This document shows positions 21,075 through 31,740 of a stretch of DNA of 64,000 nucleotides, in pieces. The position numbers and the translations under genes are program-made. How positions within the stretch are numbered: position 1 is the stretch's first letter; each line of letters starts with the position of its first letter. Origin of the DNA: Syntrophomonadaceae bacterium (GTDB lineage Bacteria > Bacillota > Dethiobacteria > DTU022); NCBI GenBank assembly GCA_003567725.1, contig PWYU01000088.1, positions 551 to 64,550 of the forward strand, given 5' to 3'. Under the pieces are notes generated by a model. It saw only the letters and a list, made by a program, of their open reading frames with translations, ran no database searches and had not been told where the DNA came from.

Positions 21075-21830
21075 TTAAAAAGAAACGCCTTGAAACAATT
21101 TGATAGAGTCCTGCACGGCTCTTGAATCATCAGGCAGCTTTAAAAGAGGTTGACCATTTAAGTCATATTCGGCAACCATAGGGTCATAACCAATTTCACC
21201 TAAAAGTTGAAGCTCGCTTTTTTTAATCTCCTGATCAAGGGTCTGCGCTTCCCCATCCCTGCTGCGGCTAATAATCAAACCCATTTTTGCCACATCAAGA
21301 TTAACCTTTTCCACTATTTCTTTAACTCTTTTGGCAGAGCGGATTCCCCTTGCTGTTGCATCACTGGTAACAAGCAGCAAATCAACCATGGGCAGGAGGC
21401 GGCGGCTAAGATGTTCCAAGCCTGCTTCATTATCAATAACTATATAATCATAATTCTTACTTAATGTTTCCAGGTATTTTTTTAGCAGATCATTGGGGTA
21501 ACAATAACATCCCGGCCCTTCCGGGTTACCCATCACCAGGAGATCAAAAGCTTTTTCCTCCACCATGGCTCGACTCAGGCGGTATTCAACAAAAACATCT
21601 TTTGTCATCCCACTGGGAACAGCTTTAGGATCTTTGGTATCTTCAAGGATTGAACTAACCGTTTCATCAACTTCAAGGCCAAGGGCTTCGTTCAGGTTGG
21701 CATTAGCATCGGCATCGACGGTCAGGATATCCTTTCCCTTTTTTTCTTCCATAAGATAACGAACCAGCAAAGCAGCTAAAGTAGTTTTACCGGTTCCTCC
21801 TTTACCGGCTACTGCTATACGCATTGTCAT
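21075..21830 (-). CDS. cooC: CooC/AcsF-type nickel-insertion ATPase (CODH/ACS maturation)
   Basis: GKGGTGKTT deviant Walker A, GPGCYC Ni-binding motif, DNEAGLEHLSR. Confidence 0.85.
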   Translation of the reverse strand: MTMRIAVAGKGGTGKTTLAALLVRYLMEEKKGKDILTVDADANANLNEALGLEVDETVSSILEDTKDPKAVPSGMTKDVFVEYRLSRAMVEEKAFDLLVMGNPEGPGCYCYPNDLLKKYLETLSKNYDYIVIDNEAGLEHLSRRLLPMVDLLLVTSDATARGIRSAKRVKEIVEKVNLDVAKMGLIISRSRDGEAQTLDQEIKKSELQLLGEIGYDPMVAEYDLNGQPLLKLPDDSRAVQDSIKLFQGVSF

Positions 21831-21884
21831 AATTATTTACTCCTCTCTCAACTTTTATTTGCTAAATATGAACTGTTATTCTTC

Positions 21885-22009
21885 TAAGCCGCACGGACAG
21901 TTCCACCTTCTCTCCTTGGGCCTTAAAGCTATGCTTTAAGGGACGTTAGAACCGTCCCCATGGCGCCGCTTATCATTCATTAAGGACAACAGGTCTATTA
22001 GTTACAAAA
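21885..22009. repeat. Palindromic intergenic repeat, copy 2
   Basis: Same core as copy 1 (CCTTAAAGCTATGCTTTAAGGGACGTT.GAACCGTCCCCATGG.GCCGCTTATCATTCA). Confidence 0.9.
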
Positions 22010-22063
22010 TCATTTTATAAAAAAATGCAATACCTGATTTCGTATTAAATCACAGTCAGTAAC

Positions 22064-23419
22064 CTAAAGGCGCCCGGCCAAAACCTCATCCAGCTGGGCT
22101 ATTGTATTGCAGGGCCACATTTCCGTTAAGGCGGCAACCGTTTGGACTGACCGATGCTCAACCCACTGCTCTCGAGGAAGCGGGTTTAGCCAAACGATCC
22201 TGCCAACTCGATCAGAAAGCCTGCTTAATTCATCAACAGCATGATCCAGCGCAATAGTCCTGGTATCGCTTACCACAATTACAGTAGTTCTCCTATTTAA
22301 TAAATCAGGATATTTAGTTCTTAGCAGCTGGAGAGACATACCAAGGTTTGTGCCACCGCCCCATGTCTCACTGCGGTGAATTACATGCTCTAATATTTGA
22401 TGGATGCTACCGCGCTTCTTAATTTCCTGAGTCATATTTTCCAGTTCATCAGAAAAACTGAAACAGGACAAATCCCGCACCGCTTCCCGCAAACCATGCA
22501 AAAATTGCAGTACAAAAGCACTATACTTTTTCATAGAAGCTGATACATCGCAAAGTAGTAAAATTTGCTCGCGATCACGCCGTTTAGGTTTATATTTTAT
22601 TTTAAAAATAATCCCCCCATAACGCAAATTGTCACGCAGAGACCTGCGTAAATCAATAAGGCCGCTTCTAGGTCCTTTTTTACGCCTGCGTAGAATTTGA
22701 ACAGCCAGCTTTTTAGACAACCTTTGGATTATTTGTTCAACCTCTGGCAATTCCCTTGCAGTAATGGATTGCATATCCATTTCACTTAAATAATCCTGGT
22801 TGGCACTGCTTCCTGAACCGCAACCGCCAGCCATGGCTTTAGAGGGTTCTCCTCCGGGGCTGCTGCCGGTATTTTCATCTTGACGATTACCGGAACGGCA
22901 ATACCGAAGATGGCTTTTAACAACCGTTTCCAGAATCGGCCGAAAAGGTTCATTCACATTAACTCCCGATTCGGTCTTATGCATGAATGCCTGCAGGCGT
23001 TCACGCTGTTGACTGGTCAATGTGCTGTACTGGGCTAGTTCAGTGGAGGTTAACTGCAAAGGTTCTCCTTTAAAAGTCAGCTCATTGCCGGCTTGCTTTA
23101 TTTTATCAGCACACCGCTTTTTGTAAGCCGCGGTTTGTTCTTCTCCATGGTTATGCACTTCTGGCGGAGCAAAAAAGTAATCGAAAATGGTATTAAATAA
23201 ATCCCTGTCTCGATAATTTTTGATCAAAGTAGCCTGTAGAGTTACTTTAAAATTCTCCCTGGAAGATAAGTCAATCTTTTGAAGAGACTGCAGGGCATCC
23301 ATTGTTTCACTAGAGCTAATTGGAAGCCCTTCTTTCCTTAGAATATTTGTGAATATAACCAGATTCTCTTCAAGATGGCTGTCGGACAAATTTTCTTTCA
23401 GTAACAACTTACAACTCAA
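22064..23419 (-). CDS. CoxE-like von Willebrand factor A domain protein
   Basis: IDLRRSLR, LLCDVSASM MIDAS-like motif, WGGGTNLG, VVSD, WLNP. Confidence 0.88.
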   Translation of the reverse strand: MSCKLLLKENLSDSHLEENLVIFTNILRKEGLPISSSETMDALQSLQKIDLSSRENFKVTLQATLIKNYRDRDLFNTIFDYFFAPPEVHNHGEEQTAAYKKRCADKIKQAGNELTFKGEPLQLTSTELAQYSTLTSQQRERLQAFMHKTESGVNVNEPFRPILETVVKSHLRYCRSGNRQDENTGSSPGGEPSKAMAGGCGSGSSANQDYLSEMDMQSITARELPEVEQIIQRLSKKLAVQILRRRKKGPRSGLIDLRRSLRDNLRYGGIIFKIKYKPKRRDREQILLLCDVSASMKKYSAFVLQFLHGLREAVRDLSCFSFSDELENMTQEIKKRGSIHQILEHVIHRSETWGGGTNLGMSLQLLRTKYPDLLNRRTTVIVVSDTRTIALDHAVDELSRLSDRVGRIVWLNPLPREQWVEHRSVQTVAALTEMWPCNTIAQLDEVLAGRL

Positions 23420-24312
23420 CCTCCATCTTTGCCTTGCTTTAAAATATCTTCTATGCCTTGCGAACCTATTTCCGCTTTAAAAAAATCCTGGTCGGCACGG
23501 GTTTTTAAAATCAAGTTTAAAGTTTCGCTTACCAGTTTCCCATCAAGACGCTTTTTGCTCAAAAAAACCAGGGCTCTGGCCCAATCCAATGTTTCTGCAA
23601 TAGAAGGCTTTTTGCGCAAATCGCCTTGCCGTCGCAGGTTAGCTGCCACCCTGGCGATATCCCAGGCCAACCGATCAGCCGCGCCGGGCACTTTTGCTCT
23701 TATAATTTCTACTTCTTCTTCCACAGTTGGAAAATCTAAATATAGATAGAGACAACGCCTTTTTAATCCATCGGATAATTCGCGTTCATTGTTGCTGGTT
23801 AAAACTACAGCAGGGATTTGATTTGCCTGAACAGTCCCCAGTTCCGGAATAGAAACCTGGAAATCAGAGAGAATTTCAAATAAAAAAGCTTCAAATTCAG
23901 GATCGCATTTATCTACTTCATCAATTAACAGCACCGGGGTTTCTAAGGCCCGGATAGCTTTCAACAATGGTCTTTCTAAAAGGTATTGCTCAGAAAATAG
24001 ATCTTCTTCCTTGACCTGTTCTTCTTCCAGGTTACGATTCATCTGAATCCGCAATAATTGGCGCTGATAATTCCATTCATATAGTGCTTTTGTTTCATCT
24101 AATCCTTCATAACACTGCAGCCTGATCAGTGCTGTATGCAAAATCTCTGCCAGCACCTTGCCCATCTCTGTTTTTCCTACACCTGGAGCTCCCTCAATCA
24201 GTAAGGGTTTTTTTAGCTCAAGCGTTAAAAAAACCGTTAATGCAGTACTGTCATCACAAATATAGCCTGCTTCCTTAAAACCTTTTTTTAAATCTGCAAG
24301 AGTTAAATTCAT
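23416..24312 (-). CDS. CoxD-like MoxR AAA+ ATPase
   Basis: EGAPGVGKTE, LQCYEGLD..ALYEWNY, LLIDEVDK, LKRRC; 4-nt overlap with the VWA gene. Confidence 0.9.
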   Translation of the reverse strand: MNLTLADLKKGFKEAGYICDDSTALTVFLTLELKKPLLIEGAPGVGKTEMGKVLAEILHTALIRLQCYEGLDETKALYEWNYQRQLLRIQMNRNLEEEQVKEEDLFSEQYLLERPLLKAIRALETPVLLIDEVDKCDPEFEAFLFEILSDFQVSIPELGTVQANQIPAVVLTSNNERELSDGLKRRCLYLYLDFPTVEEEVEIIRAKVPGAADRLAWDIARVAANLRRQGDLRKKPSIAETLDWARALVFLSKKRLDGKLVSETLNLILKTRADQDFFKAEIGSQGIEDILKQGKDGG

Positions 24313-24519
24313 ATTAAAACCTATCCTTTATTGGGCTATTGCTCTGCTCTGTGGCTTAAAATTACCATGTCTTTAAAAAATAAAGAATTTTTACAGACAA
24401 GATTTATTACCCAGAAAAACTATAATTAATGATACTATAACTGCCTGATCCCGGCAAATTTAAGACGAGAAATCTTTTCCTATTTTGGTTATAGCATTTA
24501 GGAACTGTAAATAAAAGGG

Positions 24520-25191
24520 CTATATAGAAAAACTATCCCCTGGCTGAAGTATTACGCACTTACTGCTTGTATTTTCCTCCACTTTTTTCTTAAAAACTTC
24601 CGGATCTAATTCAATCAAAGGCCAGGTATTATAGTGATAAGGGATAACCACTTTGGCCCGCAGAAAAGATGCGGCAATAACAGCATCATCAATACCCATG
24701 GTAAAATTATCACCAATAGGCAGCAATGCAAGATCAAGGGAATCCAGTTCGCCGATTAATTTCATGTCGTAAAAAAGCCCTGTATCACCGGCGAAATAAA
24801 TTTTTGTACCATAATAATCAACTACAAAGCCGCAGGCATGGCCACCTTCTATACCGGCACCATGAAATGCAAGGGTAAGTTTAACTGAACCAAAGGATTG
24901 ATAACTGCGGCCACCAATATGCTGAGCATGAGCATTATACCCATCTGCCGCAGCTTTTTTGGCTATTTCTGAAGTAGAAATAATTTTAGCTCCATTCTGC
25001 CTGGCTATTTCATAGGCGTCCCCGAAGTGATCCCAGTGAGCGTGAGAAATAAGGATGTAATCAGTTGTGATTTCATCGACAGTAACAGTTGCTAACGGAT
25101 TTTCACTGATAAATGGGTCAAACACGAGAACCTCTTTTCCTTTTTCAGAGAGCAGAAAGCTGGTATGACCCCAAAAAGTAATATTCGGCAA
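24520..25191 (-). CDS. Metallo-beta-lactamase fold hydrolase (UPF0173-like)
   Basis: SHAHWDHFGD, AGDTGLF, LPIGDNFTM, HYNTWP; likely TTG start 25191 with GGAGGG RBS. Confidence 0.88.
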   Translation of the reverse strand: MPNITFWGHTSFLLSEKGKEVLVFDPFISENPLATVTVDEITTDYILISHAHWDHFGDAYEIARQNGAKIISTSEIAKKAAADGYNAHAQHIGGRSYQSFGSVKLTLAFHGAGIEGGHACGFVVDYYGTKIYFAGDTGLFYDMKLIGELDSLDLALLPIGDNFTMGIDDAVIAASFLRAKVVIPYHYNTWPLIELDPEVFKKKVEENTSSKCVILQPGDSFSI

Positions 25192-25269
25192 AGCAGTTCC
25201 CTCCTTGTTTTCTTTCTGATTATTAGATATGTCTTTTATAACAATCAAAAACCGGTTGGCGCGAACCTA

Positions 25270-26313
25270 TCAATAAATCATTACTTTATGCACATATTCA
25301 GACGTCATCAGGTTTAATGTAGAAACATAGTTTAAGTCAAAGTCAATAATATCACCAACCCTATAGTCTTTTGAAGATGATTCTATGTCTAAAATCAGGT
25401 GATCACCGCTGGCTCCAATCACTTCTAGATCTGAATCACAGGGTCTAATATGATCAGGATCAACATCCTGTTTGCCTACGGCCAAAAGGGCCTTTTTCCT
25501 GATACCTCTATCTTCAAACACCGGCTTTCTAAAAAAAGCATCCAGCCCTATATCTCCGGTAGGGGCCGAAGGCTTAGATTTAACTTCGATTATTTCTGCT
25601 TGTAATTGAAAAACCTGACTGTGGACGTTCAAGCCTGTTCCCTGGATAAATATTTCCCCCATCCGCAGTTGATTTATCCTGGCTGGCATTTTACCCTGCT
25701 TTATTAAATGAAAGCTTGACGTACTTCCACCAGAAACAATTTCCAACTTTATTTTAAACTTGTTTTCAATTTGCTCAGCCTTTTGGGCCAGAAGCCCTAA
25801 ATTGTTTTCATCAGGAATTACGCCTCCAAAACAGGAAAGGTTAGCACCGATTCCAACAAGCTTTATTCCCTTAATTTCGCTAATTGCTTGAACATAATCC
25901 AGCACATCTTCTATAAGCACGCCTTCTCTAATATCGCCAAGTTCTAACATTAAGATGATTTTATGCCTTTTACTCTGAAGAACTGCTTCCCGCCCCAGGG
26001 TCCGAATTGTTTCAAGTTCAGAGTTTAAGCTGACATCTGCATATTTTACAACATCTGCCGCTTCACTAAGCATGGGAATTCGCAGCAGGTATCTTGGAAC
26101 ATTAAAACAGCCCAGTTTCTTCAAATTTTTAATCCGAGAATCAGCCAGACCGCTGACACCGCCTTTTACATAAGCTTCGGCAATTCCCGGGTGGCCACAG
26201 AATCCTTTTGTTACCCCGATTATCTCAATCTCATGTGCGTCACAGATCTTTTTTGCCAGAGAGACATTTTGGGTTAGTTTATTGAGGTAAACATTAATAG
26301 AAGGATATTGCAA
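25270..26313 (-). CDS. Alanine/ornithine racemase family PLP enzyme (Orr-like)
   Basis: GVTK PLP lysine, ADSR, GDIREG, SGGSTS, GASGDH. Confidence 0.82.
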   Translation of the reverse strand: MQYPSINVYLNKLTQNVSLAKKICDAHEIEIIGVTKGFCGHPGIAEAYVKGGVSGLADSRIKNLKKLGCFNVPRYLLRIPMLSEAADVVKYADVSLNSELETIRTLGREAVLQSKRHKIILMLELGDIREGVLIEDVLDYVQAISEIKGIKLVGIGANLSCFGGVIPDENNLGLLAQKAEQIENKFKIKLEIVSGGSTSSFHLIKQGKMPARINQLRMGEIFIQGTGLNVHSQVFQLQAEIIEVKSKPSAPTGDIGLDAFFRKPVFEDRGIRKKALLAVGKQDVDPDHIRPCDSDLEVIGASGDHLILDIESSSKDYRVGDIIDFDLNYVSTLNLMTSEYVHKVMIY

Positions 26314-26467
26314 ACAAGACCCTCCTCACTCAGTTATCTGCTTTCATACATAATAACATAAGAGAGTCCAGTAAATACATTAATTATACCTCTCTTTCTT
26401 TTTTGCTTTAACTCTTGTCAGGGTTTCTGAAAATCTAGTTTATTAGTTTGCGCATTAGGTCTTTTTT

Positions 26468-26592
26468 TAAGCCGCAGGGGACGGTTCCACCGTCTCCCCT
26501 TCGGCCTCAAAGCTATGCTTTAAGGGACGTTCGATCCGTCTTCATGGCGCCGCTTATCATTCAACAAGGGCAATAGGCTTTGTCGTTACAAA
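26468..26592. repeat. Palindromic intergenic repeat, copy 3
   Basis: Very similar to copy 1 over >100 nt. Confidence 0.9.
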
Positions 26593-26838
26593 GGAAAAAT
26601 CAATCCAGTTGCTTATTGAGCTTATATAAGTTCGGGTAAATTGTAAATTGGGTTGAATATTTTAGATAATAAGAATATCCCTTTCTATAATAATGGCCGC
26701 CTACGAATGCTTAAACTTTACAACAAAAGCTATGCTGAAGTAGCAAATTTGACTTAACCTTTAGCTTGGTTTAATCTTGTGATGTGACAATCAGCGCTGC
26801 AGGCTAATGCAGACGAGGCGGAGGTAAGCCTGATAAAA

Positions 26839-28542
26839 ATGAAAAATGATAGCACACTGCCTGAAAGGCTTCGAGAATTTCACAGACTTTCTTTTTCGCT
26901 GATCAGCCTGTCGGAAAAAGGGCAAGTTATTGGCGATTATTTTGAAGATGCCTCCAACCGGCTAATTGATTTTACCGGGGCTGAACTGGTTTCAATAGTA
27001 GCCAGGGGAGAGCGCCGTTTTTTCAGGTTCCGCTTTTCAAACCAAAAGGGGCGGGAGCTAACAAAACTAGCTCGTTTTCCTGAACCTGCTATTGAGAAAG
27101 CTGCTCTGGACAGTTTGCCAGGTTTACCCGGGCTTTTCACTGATATATCTGCTGTTAATGTTCTGGAAAGCCTTGTTTTCTCCGGTTCAGTCCAAGATAG
27201 CGGCTTTGCAACAAAGAGCGGTGGCCTCAACATAAATTGTAACTTCCCCCCGGACTTATCAACCGCTTACCGTTCAATCCTGGTTTTACCAATTAGGTTT
27301 CAAGATGAAGTGGTCGGTACAGTGGCCATGGGTTGGCGCTCCGGTTACCTTCCTGATGACCTTGAGGTCGAACTTTACCAGTTTATAGTTGATATAATCG
27401 GCTTTTCCAGGTCACACCGCCAGGCAAAATTCATGCTGGGTGAAAGAATCAAGGAGCTGGAAACGATTTACAGGATCAGCCGCCTTGGCTCAGAACCCGG
27501 TAAAACCCTTGAGGATATTATGCAGGGAGCGGTTAATTTTATACCTTTTGGTTTTTTACACCCCGATTATACATGCTGCAAAATAGTCTATCTAAATCAA
27601 ACATTTACAGGTAGTAACAACAAACTACCCGTCTATACCATAAGGGAGGAAATCTTCGTTGAAAATGAACCAAAAGGACATGTTGAAGTAGGATATTTAA
27701 GAAAATCCAGCAGCATTTATAAGGTTCCTTTTTTAAAAGAAGAGCAGTCAATGTTGAAAGCTGTTGCTGGTGAACTGGGGCATATAGCTGCCAGGAAACA
27801 TAATGAATTGGAAAAAGAACGCCTGCAGCAGCAGCTTTTACATGCTGACAGGTTGGTAACTGTCGGGCAGTTGACTGCCGGCATTGCCCATGAGCTTAAT
27901 GAACCGCTGGGGGGAATTCTCGGCTTTGCCCAGCTGATTAAAAAATACGGCCGCATTAATAATACTGTTGAAAAAGATATTGAAAAAATTATAAAAGCAG
28001 CTTTACACGGACGGGAAATCATCCGGAAACTGATGCTTTTCAGCAGGCAGGCACCTCCGGAAAAGGTTATGGTCGATATTAATGAAAGAATTGACGATGG
28101 GCTTTATCTTCTGGAAAACAGGATAAACAAAAGCAGAATCAAGCTGATTAAAGATTACGCCAGTAATCTGCCCTTGATTAAACTTGATCCGGCCCAGCTA
28201 AACCAGGTTTTGGTTAACCTTGTAGTCAATGCTATCCAGGCCATGCCTGAAGGAGGCGAAATCACATTAAAAACTGCCAGCACTATTGATGACATTTTAA
28301 TTATCATTAAGGATACCGGCGCCGGGATAGCTCTTTCAGATTTAGAAAATATATTTTTACCTTTTTATACAACTAAAGGCCCCAGCGAAGGGGCTGGCCT
28401 TGGCCTACCAGTTGCATTAGGTATTGTACAATCTCACCGTGGCACCATAACGGTTGATAGCGAACCCGGGAAAGGAACAGCTTTTACCGTGAAGTTTCCA
28501 ATCGGAGGTGATTACGAGGATGGTAAAAAAAAGCAAGGCTGA
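26839..28542 (+). CDS. Cytoplasmic sensor histidine kinase (GAF-like N-terminus, NtrB-like HisKA/HATPase)
   Basis: AGIAHELNEPL H-box, NLVVNA, DTGAGI, PFYTTK..GAGLGL; no TM segments. Confidence 0.92.
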   Translation: MKNDSTLPERLREFHRLSFSLISLSEKGQVIGDYFEDASNRLIDFTGAELVSIVARGERRFFRFRFSNQKGRELTKLARFPEPAIEKAALDSLPGLPGLFTDISAVNVLESLVFSGSVQDSGFATKSGGLNINCNFPPDLSTAYRSILVLPIRFQDEVVGTVAMGWRSGYLPDDLEVELYQFIVDIIGFSRSHRQAKFMLGERIKELETIYRISRLGSEPGKTLEDIMQGAVNFIPFGFLHPDYTCCKIVYLNQTFTGSNNKLPVYTIREEIFVENEPKGHVEVGYLRKSSSIYKVPFLKEEQSMLKAVAGELGHIAARKHNELEKERLQQQLLHADRLVTVGQLTAGIAHELNEPLGGILGFAQLIKKYGRINNTVEKDIEKIIKAALHGREIIRKLMLFSRQAPPEKVMVDINERIDDGLYLLENRINKSRIKLIKDYASNLPLIKLDPAQLNQVLVNLVVNAIQAMPEGGEITLKTASTIDDILIIIKDTGAGIALSDLENIFLPFYTTKGPSEGAGLGLPVALGIVQSHRGTITVDSEPGKGTAFTVKFPIGGDYEDGKKKQG

Positions 28543-29899
28543 AACTATCATGGTTGTTGACGATTCGCCGGACACACTGGAGGTGCTGCACCGCAGCATT
28601 GAGCACATGGGGTTTGTGGTTTTCCCCTGTGAAAGTGCCGGGGAAGCAATTGAACTGCTCAAGGATAATCCTGTTGATCTTGTCATTACAGATTACCATA
28701 TGCCGTTTATCGGCGGGCTTGACCTGATCAAGCATATCAGGGAGCAATACCCGAACACAGAAGTGATGATGATTACCGGTTATGCATCTGTAGAGGGAGC
28801 CGTTGAAGCGATCAAGGCCGGAGCAGAAGAATACCTTGCCAAACCTTTCACTGATGAAGAATTGGAGCAGGCAATTGAAAGATCGCTTGAAAAACTTTCA
28901 ATCAGGTCCGCTAAAAAAGGCTCTCCTGCCGATGATTATTCAGTTAAATTCGGTCTTATCCTGGTATCAGAAGCAATGAAAAAAGTAAGCAAGCTGATCA
29001 AGAAGGCAGCATCCAGCGAACACCCTGTTTTGATTTCGGGAGAGCCAGGTTCAGAAAAAGAACTTGCAGCAAGAATCATCCACTATTCTAGCAGCAGGAG
29101 CAAATATCCCTTTATTTATGTCAATTGCACAGAGATTCCCGAAAGCTTTTTGGAAAATGAAATATTCGGCTATCTTAGGCCTGGCCAGGGAGAAGAATTT
29201 GATGGTTCACCTGAAGAAACTTGCCCGGCCAAGTCTATACAGCCCGGTTTTTTGGAAATGGTGGGCAACGGGACAGTTTTTTTTGATGAAATTAGCAAAA
29301 CTCCGCTGGCCGTGCAGGTTAAGCTGCTCGATATCCTTGCAAATTATGAGCTAACCTGTGTCGGTGATAATACAGCCAGACCTGTTGGCTGCAGAATTAT
29401 CGCTTCCACATCTAAAGATCTAATCACTTTGGTCGGAAAGGGGCTCTTCAGAGAGGACCTGTTCTTTCAGCTAAACATGGTCAATATCATTATTCCCCCT
29501 TTGCGGGACAGAAAAGATGATATTATTCCACTTTGTCGAGAGCATCTTGCCAGGGAAAGTCGGGAACTGGGACGCAGTGCACCTTTAAGCTTTTCCGAAG
29601 ATGTTACCAGAGCTGCACTTCTTTACGAATGGCCCGGTAATTCAAAGGAACTCGCCAGTCTGATAGGCACCCTAACCGCTCAAGTGGAGACAGATCAAGT
29701 TAAGCTCTCTGATCTGCCGCGCTGTATTCGTGCAGCGCTTGATCTGGAAAAAAAGTCTAAAAAAAGCCTCAATGAAATTGAAGTTGAACATATCAGGGAT
29801 GTACTGCAGTCCTGTGCCGGCAATAAAACAAAAGCTGCTCAGCTCCTTGGTATTGACAGAAAAACTTTACGCGACAAGCTCGACAGACTGAACAGATAA
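28520..29899 (+). CDS. NtrC-type response regulator (REC-AAA-Fis HTH) with degenerate sigma54-activation motifs
   Basis: VVDD, ITD, KPF receiver; FFDEI, FREDLFF, WPGN; C-terminal GNKTKAAQLLGIDRKTL; Walker A reads GEPGSEK and GAFTGA is absent. Confidence 0.88.
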   Translation: MVKKSKAETIMVVDDSPDTLEVLHRSIEHMGFVVFPCESAGEAIELLKDNPVDLVITDYHMPFIGGLDLIKHIREQYPNTEVMMITGYASVEGAVEAIKAGAEEYLAKPFTDEELEQAIERSLEKLSIRSAKKGSPADDYSVKFGLILVSEAMKKVSKLIKKAASSEHPVLISGEPGSEKELAARIIHYSSSRSKYPFIYVNCTEIPESFLENEIFGYLRPGQGEEFDGSPEETCPAKSIQPGFLEMVGNGTVFFDEISKTPLAVQVKLLDILANYELTCVGDNTARPVGCRIIASTSKDLITLVGKGLFREDLFFQLNMVNIIIPPLRDRKDDIIPLCREHLARESRELGRSAPLSFSEDVTRAALLYEWPGNSKELASLIGTLTAQVETDQVKLSDLPRCIRAALDLEKKSKKSLNEIEVEHIRDVLQSCAGNKTKAAQLLGIDRKTLRDKLDRLNR

Positions 29900-29926
29900 G
29901 GTTAGCGCTACAGCAAAAGATTAAAG

Positions 29927-30008
29927 GATAAGCTTAAGCCAGGGGAAAGAATCGGACACCCTGGGCTGTGGAGCAAAGCCAAAGTGAAGGCTATGGAACT
30001 GTCCTGCA
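29927..30008. repeat. Degenerate, reverse-oriented copy of the palindromic repeat
   Basis: GATAAGC..GCCA.GGGGA...GCCAAAGTGAAGGCTATGGAACTGTCC aligns by eye (about 20/27 in the last block) to the reverse complement of copies 1-3. Confidence 0.5.
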
Positions 30009-30204
30009 CGATGTAACGGTTTTGTTTATTAATATAAGCTGCGCTGTTTTGCCGGGCTAAATTTGTTGTTATGCACTGTAATTACGACCAGATCTTTTAG
30101 TCGCTTCTAAAAGAAGTATGAATAAGTTCAAGACACTGAGCACTATTATTGATCTGCCATTCTGTTTAAAGACTGCATACGGGGCTATTCTCACCGACAT
30201 ATTT

Positions 30205-31602
<1,398 letters not shown>

Positions 31603-31740
31603 CTACAGATAAATGAGTAAATTTTCATCAGCATAAGTTTCTATATACCCCATTTATATATTATTGTATTATACTATAATAGATGTCAAGATAAATTATT
31701 CGGCATTTCCTTCTGTGAATGCCACAGGTGAGGTGAGCTA

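Noticed and set aside
8695-26592. Repeats as a CRISPR array
   Set aside because: Copies are kilobases apart and >100 nt, with no spacers and no cas genes.
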